Shown here piece by piece: positions 8,568 through 17,299 of a DNA stretch of 26,182 nucleotides. A model generated the notes under the pieces. The model was not told the origin of the DNA and searched no databases. It saw only the letters and a list, made by a program, of their open reading frames with translations. Each line of letters opens with the position of its first letter. The stretch's first letter is position 1. This DNA is from Candidatus Hadarchaeales archaeon. GTDB lineage: Archaea > Hadarchaeota > Hadarchaeia > Hadarchaeales > Hadarchaeaceae. A program made the translations under genes and the position numbers. The stretch is taken from positions 1 through 26,182 of the forward strand of contig JAWCKY010000006.1 in assembly GCA_038851365.1 (NCBI GenBank), in the 5' to 3' direction.

Positions 8568-8710
8568 CCCCTCGGCTCCTTAGCTTTCGGGCGCAGCGCG
8601 CCGTAGCCGCACTTCCTGCACTTCGTCGCCTTCCAGGGGTTACGTGCGTTGCAGCGCCTGCATATCTTGACGTTGAACAGGCGCCTCTCGGCGACCTCGA
8701 ACCTCGCCAT
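8564..8710 (-). CDS. rpl40e: Large ribosomal subunit protein eL40 (48 aa)
   Basis: Not in the ORF track. [48 protein letters not shown] has the eL40 ICxxCNARNP..CRKCG..LRPK signature. Confidence 0.96.
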   Translation of the reverse strand: MARFEVAERRLFNVKICRRCNARNPWKATKCRKCGYGALRPKAKEPRG

Positions 8711-8741
8711 GGTAGATCCCGGAATCGATATCTCGCCCGAG

Positions 8742-8752
8742 CTATAAATTTG
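8742..8752 (-). promoter_or_regulatory. TATA box of rpl40e-GGGPS, overlapping the nnr stop codon
   Basis: Minus strand AAATTTATAG; TATA ~38 nt upstream of the rpl40e ATG. Confidence 0.55.
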
Positions 8753-10262
8753 CAGCTGCCCTCGCCTCGGAGAAGACCGCCGGCAGCTTCTCGATGACGT
8801 CGCTGGCGGTGAACTCGTATCCCCTCTCCAGCTTGCAGAGGTCGCCCGCCCTACCGCAGGCGAAGGCCCCCGCGACGGCGGCGCGGAAGGGCTCCACCCC
8901 CTGCGCCAGGAAGGCGCCTACTATGCCCGCGAGCACGTCGCCCGTGCCGCCCACGGTCATGCCCGGGTTGCCGGTGTAGTTGAGGGCGAACTCGCCGCTG
9001 GGGGAGGCGATGACGTCGACGTGGGCCTTCAGCAGCAGCACGCAGCCGAGCTCCTTCGCGGCGGTCCTCACCTGCTCGAGCCTGCCCTCGACGTCCGCCG
9101 GCAGGTCGATGCCCGTGAGCAGCTCGAATTCCCTGGCGTGGGGCGTGAGCACCCATCCCCGCCCGCGCAACAGCTTCCGCTCGGACGCGATCGCCTTCAG
9201 CCCGTCGGCGTCGAACAGCGCAGGCAGCCCGGGGTGCCTCTGCGATAGCGTGCGGGCCAGCTCGATTACAGCATCCCTCGTGGCGTTCGAGGTGCCCAAG
9301 CCCGGCCCCACCACCAGGGCGCTGGAGCGCTCGAGTTGCGCCCGCAGCGCCGGGAGCGCCTCGGGCGTCAGGTCTTTGCCTGGGAGCTTGGCCACGATGA
9401 GGTCGGGCGAGAAGGAGCTTATGACCGTCGCCGCCTCCGCGGGTGCGGCTATTGTAGCCAGGTCGACGCCAGCCCGAAGCGCGGCCAGCGCGACTAGAGC
9501 GGGGGCGCCAGTGTAGCTCGAGCCCCCTCCTATGACCAGCAGCCTCCCGTGTTCGCCCTTGTGCGACTCCGGCCTCCGCTCGGGCAGCGCCATGAGCACG
9601 TCGCCCGGGCCCGCGGTGGTCTCGGCCTCCCTCGGCAGGCCAATGTCGGCGACGATCACCTCGCCCGCGTAGCGCTTGGCCTTCTTCAGCCCGGGCTTCA
9701 CGTCGTGGAAGGTGACCGTGAGGTGGCACCTCACCGCTTCGGGCGAGGCCTCGCCGGTCAGCGAGTCCACGCCGGTGGGCACGTCGACGGCCACCTTGTA
9801 GGCCCTCATGGAGTTGATCGCCCTGGCGGCGCTGGCGATGGGCTCTCGCGGCCTTCCGGCCGCCCCAATGCCGAGCATCGCGTCTATCACCACGTCGGCC
9901 TTCTTCTCCTTGAGCGCTCGGAGCTCCGACGAGTCCCTGACCACTAGGCATTTGACGCTCCTCCGCAGGTTCTGGAGCGCCTGCCAGTTGGCCCTCGCCT
10001 CGGGGGTGGCGATGAGCTTGGGGTCGCCTAGGAGCACCACCTCGACGCTAGCGCCCGCGTTGGCCAGATGCCTCGCCGCCGCGAAGCCGTCTCCGCCGTT
10101 GTTGCCGAGTCCGGCGAACACCAACACGCGCTTGCCGACGACGCCTCGCCTAGCCACCTCCCTAGCCACCGCTGCGCCCGCGTTCTCCATCAGCAGCAGC
10201 CTAGGCACGCCCAGCCAAGCGGCGTTCGCCTCGAGCGCTAGCATGCGCTGCGGGGTTATCAT
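8742..10262 (-). CDS. nnr: Bifunctional NAD(P)H-hydrate epimerase/dehydratase
   Basis: [78 protein letters not shown] 10262 is preceded by GGAGG. Confidence 0.96.
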   Translation of the reverse strand: MITPQRMLALEANAAWLGVPRLLLMENAGAAVAREVARRGVVGKRVLVFAGLGNNGGDGFAAARHLANAGASVEVVLLGDPKLIATPEARANWQALQNLRRSVKCLVVRDSSELRALKEKKADVVIDAMLGIGAAGRPREPIASAARAINSMRAYKVAVDVPTGVDSLTGEASPEAVRCHLTVTFHDVKPGLKKAKRYAGEVIVADIGLPREAETTAGPGDVLMALPERRPESHKGEHGRLLVIGGGSSYTGAPALVALAALRAGVDLATIAAPAEAATVISSFSPDLIVAKLPGKDLTPEALPALRAQLERSSALVVGPGLGTSNATRDAVIELARTLSQRHPGLPALFDADGLKAIASERKLLRGRGWVLTPHAREFELLTGIDLPADVEGRLEQVRTAAKELGCVLLLKAHVDVIASPSGEFALNYTGNPGMTVGGTGDVLAGIVGAFLAQGVEPFRAAVAGAFACGRAGDLCKLERGYEFTASDVIEKLPAVFSEARAAANL

Positions 10263-10300
10263 TTGCCTCCAAAGCAAGTTGTCTTACAGCAATAAAAAAG

Positions 10301-10463
10301 GTAGGTGCCTAGGGGGGTTCCGATTTACGGAGATAAAGTTTCCCCTGCCGCCGGCCCCGTGATAGATATCAAAACGGCGGGGATATCTTGTCCGATTAGC
10401 GCGATGGTCCCCCGCTATTTCAGATCAGCATCGGTCACGGGACCAATGTCGATTATAGGCTAC
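10301..10463. ncRNA. Candidate structured non-coding RNA or cis-regulatory element of unknown class
   Basis: Nested helices visible by eye: 10353-62/10435-44, 10364-70/10382-88, 10392-96/10430-34, 10397-401/10413-17, 10311-17/10340-46. Possible pseudoknot 10348-53/10375-80. No convincing ORF. Strand unresolved. Confidence 0.4.
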
Positions 10464-10499
10464 GAGAGTTTGAACAAGTGGAAAAGATCATCGCCGCAA

Positions 10500-10516
10500 C
10501 GAAAGCCTTTTTAAAC
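10500..10516 (+). promoter_or_regulatory. BRE/TATA-like promoter, distal to the lysine operon
   Basis: CGAAAGCCTTTTTAAAC has the same pattern as the rnpB promoter; predicted start ~10535. It also reads TTTAAAAA on the minus strand. Confidence 0.5.
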
Positions 10517-10609
10517 CCGCGCCGAATAGCTAGCTGGGGCAGAAGATGGGGGAGGGCTTTAAGGGCTGATGGCTTTAAGGCGCTCGTCGCTGGCTAGCCC
10601 GCCCTCGTC

Positions 10610-10622
10610 GAGCTTATTAAAT
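10610..10622 (+). promoter_or_regulatory. Proximal TATA box of the lysine operon
   Basis: GAGCTTATTAAAT, ~45 nt upstream of the TTG, with a GGTGA SD at 10649-10653. Confidence 0.55.
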
Positions 10623-10658
10623 ACCCGCTCGTTTTCATTAATGCCGTCGGTGATCTCC

Positions 10659-12014
10659 TTGTCCAGACCGAGTTGGGTCAGGGGCGGGCCGCGAGTGGTC
10701 AAGCCGATCCCAGGTCCGAGGGCGAGGAGGATCATCGAGCGCGACGAGCGCGTGATCTCGCCCTCCTACACGCGAGCCGACCCGCTGGTGGGAGAACAAG
10801 GCTGGGGCGTCTACGTGCGCGACGTCGACGGCAACGTTTTCCTCGACCTCTCGTCCGGCATGTTCGTGCTCAACTACGGCTATTCCCACCCCGCCCTGGT
10901 TCGGGCGGTGCAGAGGCAGGCCGCCAGGCTGACGCACTTCGCTGGCACCGACTTCTACTACGAGCTTCAGGTAGAGCTAGCGGAGGAGCTAGTTTCGCTC
11001 GCGCCGGGCAGCTTCGAGAAGCGCGTGTTCTTCGCCAACAGCGGCACGGAGGCGGTGGAGGCGGCGTTCAAGTGCGCCCGCTGGCACACCCGCCGCCCAC
11101 GCATGATCGCGTTCGCTGGCGCCTTCCACGGCCGAACCTTCGGCGCGATGAGCCTGTCGTCGAGCAGCGCGACGCATCGCAAGTTCTTCGAGCCCTTGGT
11201 GCCGGGCGTCGCCTTCGCGCCCTTCCCCTACTGCTATCGCTGCCAGTTCGGGCAGAGCTACCCCGGCTGCGACTTCCTGTGCTTCGAGTACCTCCGAAGC
11301 TCGCTCTCCACCACCACGCCTCCCGAGGAGGTGGCGGCGGTGATAACCGAGCCCATCCAGGGCAACGCGGGCTACATCATCCCCCCGCCCGAGTTCTACC
11401 CCATGCTCAAGGAGCTTTGCGAGGAGCACGGCTGGCTTCTCATAGCGGACGAGATCCAGACGGGCCTGGGCAGGACGGGCAAGATGTTCGCGATGGAGCA
11501 CTGGCGCGTGACGCCGGACATCATCTGCCTGGCTAAAGCCCTAGCGGGGGGGATGGTACCCATGGGCGCCACCGTAGCGCGCGCCGACGTCATGGATTGG
11601 TCGCCCGGCGCGCATGCCAGCACCTTCGGCGGCAACCTCCTCGCCTGCGCCGCAGCCCTCGAGGGCTTGAGGGTCCTGAGGCGGCAGAAGTTGGTCGAGC
11701 GGGCGGAGAAGCTCGGCAGGCTGGCGCTGGCGAGGCTGCAGGAGATGGCAGAGGAAAGCAAGCTCGTGGGGGAGGTCAGGGGCAAGGGCCTGCTGCTGGC
11801 GGTGGAGCTCGTGAAGGACCGCGAGCGCAAGCAGCCAGCGGTGGAGGAGCGCGACGCCGTCGTGAGGGAGGCCTTGAACAGGGGGATAATAGTCTTCCGG
11901 GGAGGGCGCTCGACCATCCGCATCGCCCCTCCCCTTATCATAAGCAGGAAGGAGCTGGAGCTGGGGCTAGATCTGTTTCAGCAGGCGCTCGAGGAGGTGG
12001 AGAGGGCATGCTGA
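10659..12014 (+). CDS. Class III PLP aminotransferase (GABA/ornithine-AT-like fold), first gene of the DAP lysine operon
   Basis: [45 protein letters not shown] (PLP Lys), STFGGN, VRGKGLL, IRIAPPL. TTG start inferred from the SD and TATA; the 30-aa Ser-rich extension from 10569 looks spurious. Confidence 0.92.
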   Translation: MSRPSWVRGGPRVVKPIPGPRARRIIERDERVISPSYTRADPLVGEQGWGVYVRDVDGNVFLDLSSGMFVLNYGYSHPALVRAVQRQAARLTHFAGTDFYYELQVELAEELVSLAPGSFEKRVFFANSGTEAVEAAFKCARWHTRRPRMIAFAGAFHGRTFGAMSLSSSSATHRKFFEPLVPGVAFAPFPYCYRCQFGQSYPGCDFLCFEYLRSSLSTTTPPEEVAAVITEPIQGNAGYIIPPPEFYPMLKELCEEHGWLLIADEIQTGLGRTGKMFAMEHWRVTPDIICLAKALAGGMVPMGATVARADVMDWSPGAHASTFGGNLLACAAALEGLRVLRRQKLVERAEKLGRLALARLQEMAEESKLVGEVRGKGLLLAVELVKDRERKQPAVEERDAVVREALNRGIIVFRGGRSTIRIAPPLIISRKELELGLDLFQQALEEVERAC

Positions 12015-13321
12015 TGTTGAAATCCCACTTCGAGGTCGACGAGCGGGGCCACCTGATAATAGGGGGCTGTGATTCCGTTGAGCTGGCGGAGCGCTTCGGC
12101 ACGCCGCTTTACGTCGTCGACGAGCAGCGGGTCCGGGAGAACTACAGGCGTTTCTACCGCGCCTTCGCTCGGCGTTGGCGCGACGTCATGGTTTGCTATG
12201 CCTACAAGGCGAACTCCAACCTCGCGATCTGCAAGATATTGCAGAGCGAGGGCGCCGGTGCGGAGGTAAGCTCGCTCTGCGAGCTCAACATAGCCCGCCG
12301 CGTGGGCGTGCCCGGCGAGCGGACGGTCTTCAACGGCAACAACAAGTCGTCAGCCGAGCTGGAGCGGGCGATAGCGGAGGGCGTGCTCATAAACGTCGAC
12401 AGCCTCCAGGAGCTTCACGCCGTCGGCCGCATCGCGTCTAGGCTAGGCCTCCGCGCGCGCATCGGCTTCAGGGTGAACCCAGATATCAGCGCGCCCACCC
12501 ATCCCTACATCGCCACGGGCTTGAGGGAGAGCAAGTTCGGCCTCGACGTCGCCAGCGGCCAAGCCCTCGAGGCATACCGCACGGCCTCCAGGATGGAAAC
12601 CGTCGAAGTGGTGGGCATCCATTGCCACATCGGCTCCCAGATCTTGGATCCCGCGCCCTTCGAGGAGGAGGCGGAGAGGCTGATGGCCATCGTCGCCCAG
12701 CTGAAGGCCGAGCTCGACTTGGACATCCGTTTCCTCGACATGGGAGGCGGCCTCGGCATCCCCTACAAGCCAGGCGACGTGGAACTGCATCCCGAGCAGC
12801 TGGCCTCCAGGGTGGTGCCCGTAATCGAGCGGGAGGTGGACGAACACGGACTGCTGCCCCCGACGCTCGTCTTCGAGCCGGGGCGCTACATCGTGGGCGA
12901 TGCAGGCGTGCTCCTCGCGAGGGTCGGCTACTGCAAGGAGAGGCAAGGGATGCCCGGCTGGGTGGCGGTCGATGCCGGCATGAACGCGCTGATAAGGCCA
13001 GCGCTCTACGGGGCCTACCACCACATCGAGGTCGCGAACAAGATGACCGCCGAGCCAGAGCAGGTGGTGAACGTCGCCGGTCCCCTATGCGAGTCCGGCG
13101 ATTTCCTGGGCAAGGAGCGAAGGTTGCCTCGCGTGGAGCCGGGGGACCTGCTGGCGATCTTCGACGTGGGGGCTTATGGGCTGGCGATGTCCAACCAGCA
13201 CACGGCCCAGCCTCGTCCGGCGATGGTGCTCGTGAACTCGGGCAGGGCGGAGGTGGTGAGGCTGCGCGAGACCTGTGAGGACCTCACTCGCTTGGACCGC
13301 ATGCCAGGGTGGTTGACGTGA
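12008..13321 (+). CDS. lysA: Diaminopimelate decarboxylase
   Basis: YAYKANSN, GLRESKFG, HCHIGSQI, DMGGGLG, FEPGRYIV, GPLCESGD, GAYG. Start is 12008 or 12014 (TGATG). Confidence 0.95.
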   Translation: MLMLKSHFEVDERGHLIIGGCDSVELAERFGTPLYVVDEQRVRENYRRFYRAFARRWRDVMVCYAYKANSNLAICKILQSEGAGAEVSSLCELNIARRVGVPGERTVFNGNNKSSAELERAIAEGVLINVDSLQELHAVGRIASRLGLRARIGFRVNPDISAPTHPYIATGLRESKFGLDVASGQALEAYRTASRMETVEVVGIHCHIGSQILDPAPFEEEAERLMAIVAQLKAELDLDIRFLDMGGGLGIPYKPGDVELHPEQLASRVVPVIEREVDEHGLLPPTLVFEPGRYIVGDAGVLLARVGYCKERQGMPGWVAVDAGMNALIRPALYGAYHHIEVANKMTAEPEQVVNVAGPLCESGDFLGKERRLPRVEPGDLLAIFDVGAYGLAMSNQHTAQPRPAMVLVNSGRAEVVRLRETCEDLTRLDRMPGWLT

Positions 13322-14547
13322 GGCGGATCGTCGTGAAGTTCGGCGGGATGAGCGTGGGCGACGGCGAGAGGGTACGCCTGGCCGCGAGGTCCGTCGTCCG
13401 CGAGCGCGAGAGGGGCGCACAGGTGGCGGTGGTGGTTTCGGCGATGGGTCACGCCACCGATGAGTTGCTCGAGGCCGCGAGGTCCAGCACCGGCGGCAAG
13501 ATCAGCCCCGCGGAGCTGGACGACATCCTGGCGATGGGCGAGCGAACGAGCGCCAGAATATTCGCCTCCGCCCTTCGCAGCCTGGGCGCCGATGCGCGCT
13601 GCATAGACCCCGCCCACGAGGAGTGGCCGGTCGTCACGGACAGCTCGTTCGGCAACGCGAGGGTGGATTTGCCCGAAACCCGGCGGAGGGTGCGGAGGTT
13701 CATCCTGCCTCTGCTAGAAGAGGGGGCGGTTCCGGTTATCTGCGGTTTCTTGGGCAAGGACGCCGAGGGTCGCATCACAACGCTTGGCAGGGGAGGCAGC
13801 GATATCACGGCATTCCTCATCGGCGCCTGCCTCGACGCGGACGAGGTGATCTTGGTCAAGGACGTGGAGGGGGTGATGAGCGGCGACCCGAGCGCGGTCA
13901 AGGGCGCGAGGTTGTTGGAGAGCATCTCCGTGGAGGAGATGAGGGACTTGGCGAGGTATGGCGCCAGGGTCCTTCACCCGCGCGCGCTGGATTATAAGGA
14001 CCCAAAGATAAACGCTAAGGTGATACACTTCCGCCACGGAGACCTCTCCGCGCGCGGCACCGTGATAACTGGGCCAAGGGGTGGTAGCATGGGGGTGAGC
14101 CTGTACGAGAAGCCGTTGGCGATGCTGACGGTGGTGGGGGAGGAGATGCAATCGACGCCGGGTGTGCTGAGGAGGGCGGTGGAGCCGTTGAGCAAGCAGA
14201 ACATAAACATCTTCGGCGTCTCGATAGGTCCCAGGTCCTTTTCGCTCTACGTCAACAAGCGCGAGGCCAAGCGCGCGATCGAGCTCCTGCATCGGGTCGT
14301 GGTGAAAAACAAGGTGATGAAGTCGGTGACGAGCGAGGAGGACATAGCCATGATCATCGCGGAGAGCGAGAAGTTCATCGAGACGCCAGGGGTCATCGCC
14401 AAGCTGACGGAGCCGCTGGCCAAGGAGGGCATAAACATCATAGAGATCTTCTCGAGCAGGGCCTCGATCACCTTCTTCGTGAATTGGGCCGATGGGGAGC
14501 GAGCGGTCAAGCTCTTGGAGCAAGCCATGAGGGAGGTGGGTAGTTGA
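13318..14547 (+). CDS. lysC: Aspartokinase with two ACT domains
   Basis: VVKFGG, VVVSAMG, GERTSA, TTLGRGGSD, DVEGVMSGDP, VLHPRAL. GTGA overlap with lysA. Confidence 0.95.
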   Translation: MRRIVVKFGGMSVGDGERVRLAARSVVRERERGAQVAVVVSAMGHATDELLEAARSSTGGKISPAELDDILAMGERTSARIFASALRSLGADARCIDPAHEEWPVVTDSSFGNARVDLPETRRRVRRFILPLLEEGAVPVICGFLGKDAEGRITTLGRGGSDITAFLIGACLDADEVILVKDVEGVMSGDPSAVKGARLLESISVEEMRDLARYGARVLHPRALDYKDPKINAKVIHFRHGDLSARGTVITGPRGGSMGVSLYEKPLAMLTVVGEEMQSTPGVLRRAVEPLSKQNINIFGVSIGPRSFSLYVNKREAKRAIELLHRVVVKNKVMKSVTSEEDIAMIIAESEKFIETPGVIAKLTEPLAKEGINIIEIFSSRASITFFVNWADGERAVKLLEQAMREVGS

Positions 14548-15437
14548 GCGTGTTTAAAGGGGCCTACACGGCTATGGTGACGCCCTTCGATGAGAAGGGC
14601 GAGGTGGATGAGGAAGGGCTGCGCGCGAACGTCGAGTTCCAAATAAGGAAGGGCATCCACGGCTTGGTGCCGGTTGGCACGACGGGCGAGTGTGCGACCC
14701 TCTCCTACGAGGAGCACAAGAGGGTGATAGAGATCACCGTCGACGCCGCTAAGGGCAGGGTTCCCGTCCTCGCGGGCACGGGAAGCAATAGCACTTGGGA
14801 GGCGATAATGCTCACCGAGCACGCCAAGGAGGTCGGAGCGGATGGGGCGCTGCTGGTGGCGCCCTACTACAACAAGCCCACCCAGCGAGGTCTCTACGAG
14901 CACTTCAAGAAGATCGCGGAAACGGTGGACATTCCGCAGGTGCTTTACAACATCCCCTCCCGCACCGGCGTCAACATCGAGCCAGAGACCATGGCCAAGC
15001 TGGCGGAGCTAAAAAACGTGGTCGGCGTGAAGGAGGCGAGCGGCAGCTTGGATCAGGTCATGAGGATCATCCAGCTGACCAGCGGCAAGGAGTTCTTCGT
15101 GACCTCCGGCGAGGACTCGCTGACCTTCCCCATCCTGGCGCTTGGGGGGATCGGCGTGATCTCGGTGGCGTCCAACTTGGTGCCGGACAGGGTCGCGGGA
15201 ATGGTGGACGCCTTCTTCGAGGGCAGGCTAGAGGAGGCCAGGCGGATCCACTACGAGCTGATGCCTTTGTTCAAGGCTTTGTTCATCGAGACTAACCCCT
15301 CGCCCGTGAAGGCGGCGATGGAGATGATGGGCATGCCAGCTGGCAAGCCGAGGCTCCCGTTGGTGGAGCTCCAGCCGGAGAACAGGGAGAAGCTGCGCAG
15401 GGTATTGATGGACATGGGGTTGGTGAAGGGTGATTAG
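14544..15437 (+). CDS. dapA: 4-hydroxy-tetrahydrodipicolinate synthase
   Basis: AMVTPF, GTTGE, AGTGSNST, PYYNKP, LYNIPSRTG, GVKEASG, FIETNPSPVK. TTGA overlap. Confidence 0.96.
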   Translation: MSVFKGAYTAMVTPFDEKGEVDEEGLRANVEFQIRKGIHGLVPVGTTGECATLSYEEHKRVIEITVDAAKGRVPVLAGTGSNSTWEAIMLTEHAKEVGADGALLVAPYYNKPTQRGLYEHFKKIAETVDIPQVLYNIPSRTGVNIEPETMAKLAELKNVVGVKEASGSLDQVMRIIQLTSGKEFFVTSGEDSLTFPILALGGIGVISVASNLVPDRVAGMVDAFFEGRLEEARRIHYELMPLFKALFIETNPSPVKAAMEMMGMPAGKPRLPLVELQPENREKLRRVLMDMGLVKGD

Positions 15438-16254
15438 GGTCGCGGTCTGCGGCGCGGGCGGGCGGATGGGTAGGCTAGTGGTCAAGGAAATAGCAAGCCA
15501 ACCCGACATGCGACTCGTCGCGGCCGTGGACGCGCCCCACACGCCGCTTGCAGGTAAGGACGCCGGTGAGCTCGCGGGCATCGAAGGGCTCGGCGTGCGC
15601 ATGGTGGGCGCAGAGGGGCTGAGGGCGGTGCTTGCAGAGGTAAGGCCGGATGTGCTGGTGGACTTCACGAACCCCGAGGCGGCGCTCGAGAACGTCCGCG
15701 CGGCGGCCGAGAGCGGCGTGAGGGTCGTCGTAGGGACCACCGGCTTCACCCCGGAGCAGAGAGAGGAGATGTTGAAGACGATAAGGGAGGCCGGCATTGC
15801 CGCGGTGGTGGCGCCCAACATGTCGGTAGGCGTAAACGTGTTCTTCAAGCTCCTGGAAGTGGCCGCCGAGCTGCTGGGAAAGGGCTACGACGTGGAGATC
15901 GTGGAGGCGCATCACTCGCACAAGGTCGATGCTCCCAGCGGAACGGCGCTGAGGGCAGCGGAGATAATCGCCGAGAAGCTGGGGGTGGGCAAGGACAGCA
16001 TAAGGTGCGGCAGGCCGGCGGGCAGGCAGCCTAGGCTCAAGGGGGAGATCTGCATCCACTCCATCCGCGCCGGCGATATCGTCGGCGAGCACATCGTGAC
16101 CTTCGCCGCCCCGGGCGAGCGCCTCGAGCTCGTGCACCGCGCCCACAGCAGGGAGGCCTTCGCGAAGGGGGCAATGCTCGCGATACGCCACGTCCTCAAG
16201 TGCGGGGCGGGAGAGGTGCACGATATGCAGGACGTGCTCGGCCTCCGCAGGTGA
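15430..16254 (+). CDS. dapB: 4-hydroxy-tetrahydrodipicolinate reductase
   Basis: GAGGRMG, DFT, GTTG, PNMSVGVN, EAHHSHKVDAPSGTA, RAGDIVGEH. Confidence 0.96.
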   Translation: MIRVAVCGAGGRMGRLVVKEIASQPDMRLVAAVDAPHTPLAGKDAGELAGIEGLGVRMVGAEGLRAVLAEVRPDVLVDFTNPEAALENVRAAAESGVRVVVGTTGFTPEQREEMLKTIREAGIAAVVAPNMSVGVNVFFKLLEVAAELLGKGYDVEIVEAHHSHKVDAPSGTALRAAEIIAEKLGVGKDSIRCGRPAGRQPRLKGEICIHSIRAGDIVGEHIVTFAAPGERLELVHRAHSREAFAKGAMLAIRHVLKCGAGEVHDMQDVLGLRR

Positions 16255-16258
16255 TCTC

Positions 16259-17077
16259 TCAATCCTTCAGCACGTAGGCGAGCGCTTCCCGAAGGTCGGA
16301 GACCTCGACGATCTCGACCCCCTGCACGTCTACGCGTTGTCCCCGCGGGACGAGCAGCAACCTAGCGCCCCAGTCGCGAGCGGCGATCGCCTTCTCCTCA
16401 ACCGAACCAACCCAACCTATGGTGGCGTTGGGCCTTATCGCCCCCGTGATCAGCACCTGGTTGTCGACCTGCTTGCCGTGCAGGCAGGCGTAGATCGCGA
16501 TCGCCATCGCCGCCCCGGCGCTGGGTCCGTCCACCCTGATCAACTTCCCGGGACTTCCAAACCTGATCACAACCCCCACGCCGAGCGAGTCCCTGTTTTC
16601 CAGAAAGGCGACCGCCGCCGCTGCGTCCTTCGCGGACCTTTGAAGGTCCTCACCATAGGAGACGTAGGAGAGGTCGACCGACACCCAATTCTCCTCCCCG
16701 ATCAACGTCACGCGCACCGAGATGACCTCGCCGACGTTTTCCTCGGAAATGCCGATGGCGAAGTACTCCACCTCCCTTGGCCTGAGGGCCTCCAGCCTTG
16801 ACCCAAGCTCTCTTACCTCCTCGCTAAGCCTTCCCACCTGTCCACGCAGCGCTCCCAGCGCGGCCTCGCTAGCCCTCAAGTTCTCCGTGAGCTTTTCGAT
16901 GAGGGCCATCGCCTCCTCCACCGCTCGGCGGGTTTCGAGCAACTCCTCCTCGCGTTGCCCGAGTTCTCGGCTGAGCCGGTGCACTTCGAGCGAGAAGAAA
17001 ACGATGGCGCCGGTCAACACCATAGCGACCAGCGAAAGCGCGATTACCGGAGCCTTCGCTCCACGTCTTCTCCTCAT
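16259..17077 (-). CDS. Membrane-anchored, ATP-independent Lon-type (S16) Ser-Lys protease with a coiled-coil stalk
   Basis: Basic N-terminus plus hydrophobic helix, heptad-like segment, then VDGPSAG (Ser) and TGAI..IGWVGSVEEKA (Lys); no Walker motifs. Alternative GTG start at 17086. Confidence 0.85.
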   Translation of the reverse strand: MRRRRGAKAPVIALSLVAMVLTGAIVFFSLEVHRLSRELGQREEELLETRRAVEEAMALIEKLTENLRASEAALGALRGQVGRLSEEVRELGSRLEALRPREVEYFAIGISEENVGEVISVRVTLIGEENWVSVDLSYVSYGEDLQRSAKDAAAAVAFLENRDSLGVGVVIRFGSPGKLIRVDGPSAGAAMAIAIYACLHGKQVDNQVLITGAIRPNATIGWVGSVEEKAIAARDWGARLLLVPRGQRVDVQGVEIVEVSDLREALAYVLKD

Positions 17078-17111
17078 GCTGCTCACGGAACACTCAAATT
17101 TTGTTCAAGCT

Positions 17112-17204
17112 CTAATTCCTTCGACCGTGGATGGGACAGGGGCGCCGTAACTTGCAGAAACGGCACTTCTCGGGCGGTGGGGGCTGAGGCAAGGGTTTCA
17201 CCAT
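17112..17204 (-). CDS. 30-aa microprotein MVKPLPQPPPPEKCRFCKLRRPCPIHGRRN (C-x2-C-x5-C-x2-H)
   Basis: Hand-translated, with a C3H Zn-ligand pattern including CPIHG. It lies downstream of a minus-strand TTTATA (17267-17262) and just upstream of the S16 protease. GGGAGG abuts the ATG, so SD spacing is poor. Confidence 0.45.
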   Translation of the reverse strand: MVKPLPQPPPPEKCRFCKLRRPCPIHGRRN

Positions 17205-17256
17205 CCTCCCATACTTCCTTCTGGGCAAGGGGGCCACCGACCTGCAATAGGTTCCG

Positions 17257-17274
17257 AGGGGTATAAATCCCCCT
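17257..17274. promoter_or_regulatory. Bidirectional TATA box flanked by an AGGGG/CCCCT inverted repeat (asd versus microprotein/protease)
   Basis: AGGGGTATAAATCCCCCT reads TATAAA on + (asd ATG 38 nt downstream) and TTTATA on -. Confidence 0.55.
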
Positions 17275-17299
17275 AGGAATGAAAATAGCGGGGATTTCC

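Noticed and set aside
10305-10346. Resemblance to the guanidine/ykkC riboswitch, 5S rRNA or an ORB origin box
   Set aside because: Only short word matches. The spacing and helices required are absent, and no cdc6 is nearby.
10403-10422. 11-nt complementarity (CCCCGCTATTT) to the asd upstream region 17283-17293
   Set aside because: A match this long is expected by chance among these intergenic regions, and most of the target lies upstream of the predicted asd TSS.
10353-10445. tRNA or tRNA-Sec (acceptor-like stem, UUCAGA, ...GGGACCA)
   Set aside because: No T-arm (no UUCRA loop), and no anticodon stem or variable arm in the right order on either strand.
10305-10514. 69-aa ORF-track product
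   Set aside because: No motif, SD or promoter; it overlaps the structured element.
10533-10600. C/D-box sRNA
   Set aside because: One CUGA, but no proper RUGAUGA C box or terminal D box at guide spacing.
10659-12014. PLP-dependent DAP epimerase/racemase as the main call
   Set aside because: It lacks the catalytic Asp of class III racemases (Asn instead) and keeps the FHGRT Arg of the transaminase clade. It remains only a secondary possibility.
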